NCBI GenBank assembly: GCA_048938105.1
Contig: JBHLMN010000007.1
Span: 32,001-96,000, forward strand
Length of the DNA: 64,000 nt
Direction of reading: 5' to 3'
Source: Promethearchaeota archaeon
Lineage (GTDB): Archaea; Asgardarchaeota; Heimdallarchaeia; Hodarchaeales; Hodarchaeaceae
The position numbers were made by a program, and so were the translations under genes. This document shows, piece by piece, positions 39,867-48,453 of this stretch. The notes under the pieces are model-generated. The model was not told the DNA's origin and ran no database searches. It was given only the letters and a program-made list of their open reading frames with translations. Position 1 is the first letter of the stretch. The number at the start of each line of letters is the position of its first letter.

Positions 39867-40385
39867 CTATCTATTGTTTTTCCTAAGTTGTTGAATAGGG
39901 TGGATAACAGATTCAAGTAATTGCTGTACATTTTTTTCATCTATCCCACCAATCTTTGCCAAAGTGGAGGCAGAGGGAATTATCCAGTTGGATTCTGCCT
40001 TCGCGAGTAATAAACCATTGTTAGAAGTGATTCTTGAAAGAACTACCACGTTTTTCTTATCATGAGTGATTATTTCCCCTTCAACACGAATTTTAGTGTT
40101 AGCTCGGACTGGGTTCAGGAATTTGGTTGTAATTTCACGTGTAATCCCGACCTCATAGAGTTGGCTAATGATAGTCCACGCGGCCACTTCATCGAGAAGA
40201 GCTGCGATGATTCCCCCATGAACTAACCCATTAAATCCACAAAAATTATCAGAAATAATACATTCTGAAAAGCAACTATTATCTTTATCGGAAAGATAAA
40301 ATTTAAGTTGTAAACCGTGATCATTTGTCGGAGAACACCCGAAACAATTGAATTCCCATAAATTTGGGATCTCAAGTCTAGTCAT
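39867..40385 (-). CDS. PaaI-family thioesterase
   Basis: CFGCS..N..GL, HGGIIAALLDE. Confidence 0.9.
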   Translation of the reverse strand: MTRLEIPNLWEFNCFGCSPTNDHGLQLKFYLSDKDNSCFSECIISDNFCGFNGLVHGGIIAALLDEVAAWTIISQLYEVGITREITTKFLNPVRANTKIRVEGEIITHDKKNVVVLSRITSNNGLLLAKAESNWIIPSASTLAKIGGIDEKNVQQLLESVIHPIQQLRKNNR

Positions 40386-40398
40386 ATCAAATTTACTC

Positions 40399-40992
40399 CT
40401 ACTCTGTCAAAATCATATGCTTTTTAATTCTATGTAAAAATTTGAAAACGATTGTTAATCCCAGAAGAAAAATGAGAAGAATATCAAGAGTGTTTAGGAG
40501 AGTACCTTCGTGATCATATGTTAAATCATAATTAAATGGATAGATGAGAAATCCACATGATAGATCGGAAATTCTAGGAGGTATTGTTTGAATGATTATT
40601 ATCTGGAAATTTAACTGATAACCACGAAGATCAATAGGATAAAAAAGGGGTACAATCCCTTCTAAATCTAATATGGGATGAGTCAAAAAAGCAATTGATC
40701 CCAGTAACAAATATCTCGAGATCATAGGATATTTAGATGAAAAGTCTGGATGCGAGTTCATATAGAACCGTACAATCAAATTAAGTAATAATAAAAACAT
40801 CCCAGAGACTAATAATGAATGAAATGGATAGCGAGTCCCAGTTAGGGTTTTATCAATTATGTCAGGTAAAGTTGCAGCTAGAGATAATAGCATGAGGTGC
40901 TCTAAAGGAATGTCTGAATTAAATAATCGATTTAATATAACTAGACATGTGAAAGCACCTACCACATGGAGGAGAAGGGTTGTCATTTTCAA
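40399..40992 (-). CDS. Membrane metal-dependent hydrolase (YdjM-like)
   Basis: H, LPDIID, HSL, HPILD, LFYP motifs with TM helices. Confidence 0.75.
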   Translation of the reverse strand: MKMTTLLLHVVGAFTCLVILNRLFNSDIPLEHLMLLSLAATLPDIIDKTLTGTRYPFHSLLVSGMFLLLLNLIVRFYMNSHPDFSSKYPMISRYLLLGSIAFLTHPILDLEGIVPLFYPIDLRGYQLNFQIIIIQTIPPRISDLSCGFLIYPFNYDLTYDHEGTLLNTLDILLIFLLGLTIVFKFLHRIKKHMILTE

Positions 40993-41131
40993 TAACGATT
41001 TTAAAAGCCCCTATTTAAATGATTTATTTCATCAGCAAACCATGTTATATCACAATATCACATTTTTTTCCTTCAGTACATATCAGAATCATTAAATGCA
41101 ATAAGTTCAAATAAAATCAAGTAAGAGAAAG

Positions 41132-41593
41132 TTAAACCTTGGAAAGGACAACACTAGTGATCGTCTTTTCAATTCCTTCAATGTCCCTCAATTTAATAAC
41201 TACAAAATCATTTAAAGCATCAACATCTTCTACTCCAACTCGAACAATGATGTCAATTTCTCCTGTCACAATTGATACTTCTTCAACTTCGGGTAATGCT
41301 TTCACGCTTTTAGCAACATCAATTTGGCTTAATTTTTCTCCTTTAGAAGTCCTATATGATACTGTACAGAGGATATATGCTGTTAATCCTTTTTTAATAG
41401 CCTTATTGTTCAGTTTAATTGTGAACCTTTCTATGATCCCCTTTTCTTTCAATTTCTTTATTCGATTATATACTGTAGTTTGAGCAATACCTGTTTTCTT
41501 GGAAATTTCATTTGTGGTCATTCGGGAATCTTTTTGAAGCAATTTAATAATCTGAATATTTTCTTTGTATAGTTCGAAAATTTTTTCTTGCAT
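41132..41593 (-). CDS. Lrp/AsnC transcriptional regulator
   Basis: LQKDSRM...TVYNRIKKL...GII, VTGEIDI. Confidence 0.95.
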   Translation of the reverse strand: MQEKIFELYKENIQIIKLLQKDSRMTTNEISKKTGIAQTTVYNRIKKLKEKGIIERFTIKLNNKAIKKGLTAYILCTVSYRTSKGEKLSQIDVAKSVKALPEVEEVSIVTGEIDIIVRVGVEDVDALNDFVVIKLRDIEGIEKTITSVVLSKV

Positions 41594-41594
41594 A

Positions 41595-41607
41595 GGAAAA
41601 ATTTTCC
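41595..41607. promoter_or_regulatory. Palindrome directly upstream of the Lrp gene, possible Lrp site
   Basis: GGAAAA-A-TTTTCC in the lrp/asnA divergent spacer. Confidence 0.3.
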
Positions 41608-41717
41608 ATTTATCTTATAAAAAGTTTGTTAATTCTTTACATTTTTTCCATTTTCAATAAGTAATATTCTTATAACTTGTAGAATTTCAGAAAATATATT
41701 ATTCATTTATTTATGAT

Positions 41718-42668
41718 GTGAAACTATTGAATACAAAATCAATCTATAAACAAGAGATCACAGTCTTTCAACCAGAAGCACAAATGAGAACAATTCTCAG
41801 AGTTCAAACGGAAGCTTTAATGGCTATACACGAGTTTTTGCATCAAAAAGGATTCCTACAACTTATGCCTGTAATTCTCTCTCCCATTACAGACCCCCTA
41901 AGCCATCCTGTTTATGAAGCTTACATTGATTATTTAGGACAGCGATTCCAATTGACTAAAAGTATGATATTCCACAAACAAATCGCAATCGCATCTTTAA
42001 ATGTTGATGGTCTTTACATCATGTCACTAAACGTACGGTTGGAAATAAGTGATCTTCAAAACAGTGAGAAACACTTAGTGGAGTTTACACAATTAGATAT
42101 CGAACTAAAAGAGGCAACAGCTAATGAGTTCATGTCTTTAATTGAGGATTTAATTATCTACATTATTTTTAAGGTAAAAAATTCTTGTAGAGCAGAATTA
42201 GAAAAAATGGGCATTAACCTTCATATTCCTCGAAAACCATTTAATGTATACTGTAGTTGGGACTTACAGGAGAAATATGGAAGCGATTTTGGATCCCAGA
42301 TATCTTTTCTAGAAAAAGATCCATTTTGGATCACTGATTTTGAAAGAGAATTCTATGATAGAGAGAATCCTAGAAGAAAAGGCCATTACATCAATTATGA
42401 TTTGTATTACCCCGAAGGTTTTGGTGAAGCTCTCTCTGGAGGAGAACGTGATTATGAATATGAAACACTCATGAGAAAAATAAAAGAGCGAAAACAAGAC
42501 TACAAACAATTCGAATCCTACCTAAGATTGTCAAAACAGAGGAAACTGGTTCCTAGTGCTGGTGGAGGTCTAGGAATTGAAAGATTAATTCGATTTCTTA
42601 CCAAAAGGAAGCATATTAGAGATGTAACCCTTTTTCCTAAAGTTCCAGGTAAAAAAGTCGACTTTTAA
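41718..42668 (+). CDS. asnA: Archaeal asparagine synthetase A (AsnRS-like catalytic domain without anticodon domain)
   Basis: SPITDPL, LTKSMIFHKQ, HLVEFTQLD, REFYD, GEALSGGER, GGLGIERL. Confidence 0.88.
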   Translation: MKLLNTKSIYKQEITVFQPEAQMRTILRVQTEALMAIHEFLHQKGFLQLMPVILSPITDPLSHPVYEAYIDYLGQRFQLTKSMIFHKQIAIASLNVDGLYIMSLNVRLEISDLQNSEKHLVEFTQLDIELKEATANEFMSLIEDLIIYIIFKVKNSCRAELEKMGINLHIPRKPFNVYCSWDLQEKYGSDFGSQISFLEKDPFWITDFEREFYDRENPRRKGHYINYDLYYPEGFGEALSGGERDYEYETLMRKIKERKQDYKQFESYLRLSKQRKLVPSAGGGLGIERLIRFLTKRKHIRDVTLFPKVPGKKVDF

Positions 42669-42702
42669 AAGAATAATCAAGAAGTTTGAATAAGAAAATC
42701 AT

Positions 42703-42800
42703 CAATTCTTAATGTCGAAAGGCGGCCCTTTTGTCAGATGGTTTTAGGAGTCAGGAGCTTCGGTTTCAAAGTATTCAGTCTGACATGAATTGTAATGAGG
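42703..42800 (+). ncRNA. Candidate structured RNA or terminator downstream of asnA
   Basis: AAAGG-CGGC-CCTTT hairpin; TGTCAGA/TCTGACA stem; GGAGC-UUCG-GUUUC tetraloop; CAATTC/GAATTG. Confidence 0.4.
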
Positions 42801-42939
42801 AAGATCTCAAGTTTATTAATCGGTAAGTTGCTCTTTCGATAATTTTTTATCATCATTGTCACATCTTACATGAACAGAACTTTTAACTATAATTACAAAA
42901 CTTATTAAAACCTAGTCCTTTTGTTAGATTATAGTAAAG

Positions 42940-44985
42940 GTGATCTGGATGAATCTTAGGACATTATTCTTTTTATCCATACTTGTAACCTCAATTACGG
43001 GAATTTTGGTCACAAATGTTGCTACTATTCAATCTGAGTATACTGAACCGATCTACCAAGATACCAGTGGCGAGGCTATGAGTGTCTATGTACAGGATAA
43101 CTATGCGTTCGTAGCAGATAAAGATAGTGGCCTTGCGATCATTGATATCGCTGATCCGCTGAATCTTAGTGATCCAATCTATGTACAGACAAATGGAGAC
43201 GCGTGTAATGTTTATGTCTATAACGATTATGCTTATGTTGCTAACGGCTACGAAGGTTTGGCAATAATAAGTATTAGTGATCCCCTCAACCCTGGTGATC
43301 CAATCTATAAAAAACTAGATGATTATATAACCGGAGTTTTTGTGGAAAATAGCTATGCTTATCTAACTTTTGTAGGTACCAGTCAAAATGGTCTTGCAAT
43401 TATTGATGTTAGTGATCCATTGAATCCTGGTGACCCAGTTTATAGAAAAACCAGAGGGGAACCTATGGATCTCTTTATTAGAGACGATTATGCCTACATA
43501 GCTGATTCCTACGGAGGTTTAGCAATAATTAATATAAGCGATCCACTCAACCCTGGGAATCCAGTCACAAAAGACATTACTGGGGATACACAAGATATTT
43601 TTGTGAGTGGAGATTATGCTTTTTTAGCAGAACACAGTAATGGATTAGCAATTGTAGATATTAGTAATCCTACAAACCCTGGTAACCCAATTTATTGTAC
43701 AACAATTTCTTTGGCAGAAGGAGTTTATGTTCACCAAGGAACTGTTTTTGTTCCCCTTCAATCTGGAGGTTTAGCCATAATTGATGTCACAACTCCTGGA
43801 AAGCCTGGGAAGCCACAATATCTCCCATTGAAAAGCAGTGGCCTTGATGTTTATGTTAGCGGCAACTATGCTTATGTAGCTGCTGCTGTTTCTGGATTAG
43901 CAATTATTGACATTACTGATTTAACGATTTTAGGAACCCAACTCATTTATCAAAGTATCAGCGGAACAGCACAAGGAGTCTATATTAAAGACAATTATGC
44001 TTTCATAGCTGCTGGGGAGGCAGGATTAGCTATTATTGAAATATCTGATCCCCTGAATCCAAGTCACCCGATATATTGTGATACCAGCGGTTGGGCAATG
44101 GAAGTTTTTGTCAAAGATGACTTTGCTTACATTGCTGATGGGTCTAAAGGATTAGCAATTGTAGATATCAGCGATCCCACAAATCCTAGCACACCAATTT
44201 ACAAGGAAACGACAAGTGAGGTACGAGATGTTCATGTATATGGCTCCCACGCGTTTATTGTAGATCGGGATAGCGGATTAGGAGTTATTGATGTTAGCGA
44301 TCCGTTACATCCAGGTGATCCAAAATACAGAAGTGTAAATACTCAAAATCCCCGCATTTTTGTGAGTAATAATATTGCTTATATCCCCTGTGATGAGAGT
44401 GGATTGGCAATTATTAATGTCAGCAATCCTTCATACCCTGAAGATCCAATATATATTGACACATTTGGACAAGCTACAGATGTTTTTGTAGAAAATGATA
44501 TTGCTTACGTTGCAGACGGAAGTAATGGATTAGTAGTTATTGAGGTAAGTGATCCGCACAACCCAGGATATCTTGTTTACCAAACCACTAATGGCTTTGC
44601 GATGAGTGTTAATGTTAATGACCGTCATGCTGCTGTTGCAATCGATGTAGATGGAGTAGCAATTATTGATGTTACTGTTCCCCAGAATCCTTGTGATTTA
44701 GTGGTTCAAGATACAATTGGTTATGCTGCAGATATATTCATTGCTAATGGATATGTGTTCGTTGCTGATTCTCATGCAGGACTGGCTATTTTCAAGATAA
44801 CAACAATTTCCACAACTACTGAGCCTCTAACAACCACAATAACGACTACAAACCCCCTAACGACCACAACCACTACGACTACTGAATCCCCTACGATAAT
44901 ACCTGGTATAACTTCTGGGTATGGGCTATTATCTATTTTTATTGTTCTATTTACTTTGGTATATATGAGAAGAAGAAAAAGCTGA
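42940..44985 (+). CDS. Secreted LVIVD-repeat beta-propeller surface protein with Thr linker and C-terminal anchor
   Basis: About 14 repeats of YAYVA....GLAIIDVSDP.NP; signal peptide; Thr-rich tract, TM helix, RRRK. Confidence 0.92.
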   Translation: MIWMNLRTLFFLSILVTSITGILVTNVATIQSEYTEPIYQDTSGEAMSVYVQDNYAFVADKDSGLAIIDIADPLNLSDPIYVQTNGDACNVYVYNDYAYVANGYEGLAIISISDPLNPGDPIYKKLDDYITGVFVENSYAYLTFVGTSQNGLAIIDVSDPLNPGDPVYRKTRGEPMDLFIRDDYAYIADSYGGLAIINISDPLNPGNPVTKDITGDTQDIFVSGDYAFLAEHSNGLAIVDISNPTNPGNPIYCTTISLAEGVYVHQGTVFVPLQSGGLAIIDVTTPGKPGKPQYLPLKSSGLDVYVSGNYAYVAAAVSGLAIIDITDLTILGTQLIYQSISGTAQGVYIKDNYAFIAAGEAGLAIIEISDPLNPSHPIYCDTSGWAMEVFVKDDFAYIADGSKGLAIVDISDPTNPSTPIYKETTSEVRDVHVYGSHAFIVDRDSGLGVIDVSDPLHPGDPKYRSVNTQNPRIFVSNNIAYIPCDESGLAIINVSNPSYPEDPIYIDTFGQATDVFVENDIAYVADGSNGLVVIEVSDPHNPGYLVYQTTNGFAMSVNVNDRHAAVAIDVDGVAIIDVTVPQNPCDLVVQDTIGYAADIFIANGYVFVADSHAGLAIFKITTISTTTEPLTTTITTTNPLTTTTTTTTESPTIIPGITSGYGLLSIFIVLFTLVYMRRRKS

Positions 44986-45103
44986 CTAATCCTCTCAATT
45001 GTCTCCAAAAGTGGATTATCTTCCAATTGGGAACATCTAGTGTTACCTCGTAATTTTGTCCATTTCTAAGTACACTTCATAAACTTCAATGACCTCGCCT
45101 GAA

Positions 45104-45508
45104 CTAAAGTCCGCTTTTACCTGATCCTACAACCAGTGTATCAGGTAAATTTTCCCTCTCCATTATATAGTTGTATCTATTAGCCCAATTCACCCTTGTG
45201 TAGGCATTTACACTACCAGTTTGAAAACCATCTCTAACACTAAAAACTAGATATCGCTTACTACTAACTATAGAAAGAGTATGAATCGGACTCCCTAGAT
45301 AATCAGGGTTGTCGTACATTGCTAAATTTCCTGTATAGGACGTTTCTTGCCGAATAGCTATTACACTATAATTGTTGTCTTAGACAGTCAGAGTATAATC
45401 TTCTTGACCATCAGAAATGATAAATGCCACATCTGCTTGGATAACATTCACTGTTAACAAAGTCAGTGTGAAGGATTTTACAAAGATTATGTTCTTATTT
45501 CTCTGTTT
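45104..45508 (-). pseudogene. Probable decayed secreted-protein gene
   Basis: Frame of the 71-aa ORF extends upstream through one TAA (45380-82) to a signal-like KQRNKNIIFVKSFTLTLLTVNVIQA; no start codon. Confidence 0.45.
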
Positions 45509-45509
45509 T

Positions 45510-45977
45510 TTATTGGGAAATGAATATTCTAAAGTTAGAGCCAAAAACACTAAATAAAACTGCGAAAACCCCTGAGAGAATAATTATTGGAAAAACAAAG
45601 AAAAATCCGAAAATAAATAGCAGAACTATGAGCATATTCCAAGTGGAAGCTGATATAGGTTCTCTGAAGAGAGTCACCCCAGCTATGACAGAGAGGCAGA
45701 AAACAGTAATTATTCCAGAAATAAAGACTGAAACAATTCCCGTCATGTGTTTCTTACTAGAAAAACTAACAATGAAGGAACTTATGGCAGCAGGAAATGA
45801 TAATGGAATCACTTGATCCAAAATTTGATGCATAAAACTCACATCGCTATAATCCCTGTTTCCCCAAAATACCCAGAAGAATGCCATTAATAGGAAAAGA
45901 AAGTAAATAATCACCCCCATTAAGATGTATTTTTTATCCTGTGTGATTAAGAGAAACCTCGACCTATTTTCGTTCAC
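45510..45977 (-). CDS. Hypothetical 4-TM membrane protein
   Basis: Four hydrophobic helices. Confidence 0.6.
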   Translation of the reverse strand: MNENRSRFLLITQDKKYILMGVIIYFLFLLMAFFWVFWGNRDYSDVSFMHQILDQVIPLSFPAAISSFIVSFSSKKHMTGIVSVFISGIITVFCLSVIAGVTLFREPISASTWNMLIVLLFIFGFFFVFPIIILSGVFAVLFSVFGSNFRIFISQ

Positions 45978-46315
45978 TGGTAGGCATCCTGATGGGATTT
46001 TGCTCTTTTTCGCCTCACCTTGGGGTACTTGTCACTGTATGGTTTTTTTCCTCAAAAGATTTTCTGTTGATGCTCTTTTCGAGGATTCATGTTTTCTCCG
46101 ACCCTGAGTCATTCTGGATTTTTTACTTTGATCCCCTCTTTTTTTTCTCTAGAACTCCTGGAAACTTCCAGAGATAGTATTTCCGCCCAATTTTACTGGT
46201 GCGTTCTTTCATGTGAATCAAGTTTTCCTCTGCTAGTTGTTTTAGCAGCATATCACATCATTTATAGTCGAATGAGAGGTTGTGTTGGAGTAGTGTCTTC
46301 TCCACATCCATTGTG

Positions 46316-46467
46316 ATTCCGCTGTTGGTAGTTCACACAGTGTTATTGGCCAGGCAGGTTACTATCTTACGGAAAAAATGGGATATTCAATGTCGAAAGC
46401 ATCGGATCCCTATCCAGACCATAACTATTTCAAATTCATCAATAGTTGCAATTGATTCGTTACCACG
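46316..46467. repeat. Chimeric remnant: 55-nt piece of the downstream surface gene plus 94-nt copy of the purH 3' end
   Basis: 46316-46370 matches 47114-47168 and 47795-47849 (4 mismatches); 46374-46467 matches 48441-48534 (11 mismatches). Confidence 0.9.
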
Positions 46468-46650
46468 CCTCAATCACCTTTGACTAACCTTTTTATTTCA
46501 AAACATCACCTGATTATAGAATATGAAAAAGATATTTAAGAAAAAGAATTGAATTTATGAGACATATCTCTTCAATTAGGGTTGTTTCAATTTACCAAAA
46601 CAAGAAGAGAGAAGGCCTTCAAAATGAAATAACGAGGAGTGAACTGAAAA

Positions 46651-48438
46651 ATGCCAAATCTGAAAAAAGCAGGTATATTAATTTTAATTTCTTTTCTTAT
46701 AATTTTCATGTTAACAAAAACCTCAATGGTTACCTCAGAGACCAAGCCACTTGACACTAAATGGACATCGGATGGTAGTTCATTGATAGGGTGGAGTCAA
46801 TGTCATGGTGATCCAACGTATGAATCAGAAAGTGAATATATCTGGGATGTAGAATCATATGAAGATGATTTTACTCCTGAAAACAAATCTTTGAGTACAC
46901 AGTTTTGGGATCCTAATTATGATACGGATGAAGTTTATAGATGTGCAGGAATTTTTCGTCTTGAACTAGGTTTAAACGAGTCAACTTGGATCCTTGAGTT
47001 AACGGTCAGTTTTGACGTTACCAACACAAATACCTTTTCTTTCCTAGGTGATATAGGGATTATCATTGACAACGCGAATAAAGAACCCATGCTTTTAGCA
47101 AAAATTCGTGACCATTCCGCTGTTGGTAGTTCACACAGTGTTATTGGTGAGACAGGCTACTATCTTACCGATAGTTCATATAGTCAAGTGATTTATACAA
47201 CTGCTAACTCTACTGATCGAGATATAGACAGTGGCACGTTTGCAATGAAAAAGAACTCTAGTGGCATCTTTATTTACTTCCCTGAAGAAATTCCTGATGG
47301 TTCTGGTTGGAGATTACTAGCAGATAACACAGCAGCTCTACAGAGAGGAACCCCAACATATATTCGGCTCTATTTTTCTCGGAGACGCTTAGGTCCCGCT
47401 GACGCTCGGATCGAGAATGTAACATTTAAACAGGGTGCTAGCTGGGTTTCTGATGGTAGTAGTTTAACTACCTGGAGTCAGTGCCATGGAGACACTGCAT
47501 ATGAAACAGAAAATAGCTACATTTGGGACGTGGAATCTTATAATAATGATTTTACTCCAGAAAACAAAACTTTGAGTACACAGTTTTGGGATCCTAATTA
47601 TGATACGGATGAAATTTACCGATACGCAGGCATTTTTCGAGAGGAGCCTGGATTAATTGAATCCAATTGGATTCTTGAGTTAACGGTCAGTTTTGACGTT
47701 ACCAACACAAATACCTTTTCTTTCCTAGGTGACATAGGGATTATCATTGACAACGCGAATAAAGAACCCATGCTTTTAGCAAAAATTCGTGACCATTCCG
47801 CTGTTGGTAGTTCACACAGTGTTATTGGTGAGACAGGCTACTATCTTACCGATAGTTCATATAGTCAAGTGATTTATACAACTGCTAACTCTACTGATCG
47901 AGATATAGACAGTGGCACGTTTGCAATGAAAAAGAACTCTAGTGGCATCTTTATTTACTTCCCTGAAGAAATTCCTGATGGTTCTGGTTGGAGATTACTA
48001 GCAGATAACACAGCAGCTCTACAGAGAGGAACCCCAACATATATTCGGCTCTATTTTTCTCGGAGACGCTTGGGTCCTGCTGATGCTCGGATTGAGGATG
48101 TGAGATTCAAGTATGGAATTCCGTTACAACTGAGTACAACTATACCGATTACATCCTCATCAACGACCGAAGCTACCAGCTCAACAGAAACTACCACATC
48201 CTCATCAACAACCAAAACTACTAGCTCCACAGAAACTACCACATCCTCATCAACAACCAAAACTACTAGCTCCACAGAAACTACCACATCCTCATCAACA
48301 ACCAAAACTACTAGCTCCACAGAAACTACCACTTCAACATCAACAATGGAACCAACAGTTCAAATATCTCCTAGTTGGACATATTTCATTCTATGTCTAT
48401 CGATCCTTGTTATCCTATTAACTCGAAGAAGGAGATAG
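46651..48438 (+). CDS. Secreted/surface protein with two 227-aa duplicated domains, S/T linker and C-terminal TM anchor
   Basis: Signal peptide; repeat period 681 nt; SPSW-TM-RRRR C-terminus. Confidence 0.85.
   Translation: MPNLKKAGILILISFLIIFMLTKTSMVTSETKPLDTKWTSDGSSLIGWSQCHGDPTYESESEYIWDVESYEDDFTPENKSLSTQFWDPNYDTDEVYRCAGIFRLELGLNESTWILELTVSFDVTNTNTFSFLGDIGIIIDNANKEPMLLAKIRDHSAVGSSHSVIGETGYYLTDSSYSQVIYTTANSTDRDIDSGTFAMKKNSSGIFIYFPEEIPDGSGWRLLADNTAALQRGTPTYIRLYFSRRRLGPADARIENVTFKQGASWVSDGSSLTTWSQCHGDTAYETENSYIWDVESYNNDFTPENKTLSTQFWDPNYDTDEIYRYAGIFREEPGLIESNWILELTVSFDVTNTNTFSFLGDIGIIIDNANKEPMLLAKIRDHSAVGSSHSVIGETGYYLTDSSYSQVIYTTANSTDRDIDSGTFAMKKNSSGIFIYFPEEIPDGSGWRLLADNTAALQRGTPTYIRLYFSRRRLGPADARIEDVRFKYGIPLQLSTTIPITSSSTTEATSSTETTTSSSTTKTTSSTETTTSSSTTKTTSSTETTTSSSTTKTTSSTETTTSTSTMEPTVQISPSWTYFILCLSILVILLTRRRR
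46993..48071 (+). repeat. Near-identical internal direct repeat (398 nt x2)
   Basis: 46993-47390 vs 47674-48071, one mismatch seen (47052 T / 47733 C). Confidence 0.92.
48151..48330 (+). repeat. 45-nt coding tandem repeat x4 (TSSSTTKTTSSTETT)
   Basis: Units at 48151 (degenerate), 48196, 48241, 48286. Confidence 0.95.
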
Positions 48439-48453
48439 GTAAAAATGGGATAT

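Noticed and set aside
41718-42668. Truncated asparaginyl-tRNA synthetase pseudogene
   Set aside because: Lack of the anticodon domain is normal for archaeal asparagine synthetase A
42712-42786. Archaeal SECIS (GAA bulge)
   Set aside because: No in-frame UGA at a Cys-like position in neighbouring genes, and the consensus fits poorly
46316-46370. DGR template/variable repeat pair
   Set aside because: The four mismatches are not adenine-specific, the match is short, and no reverse transcriptase is present
48151-48330. CRISPR-like array
   Set aside because: Contiguous in-frame 45-nt units with no spacers; they encode an S/T linker
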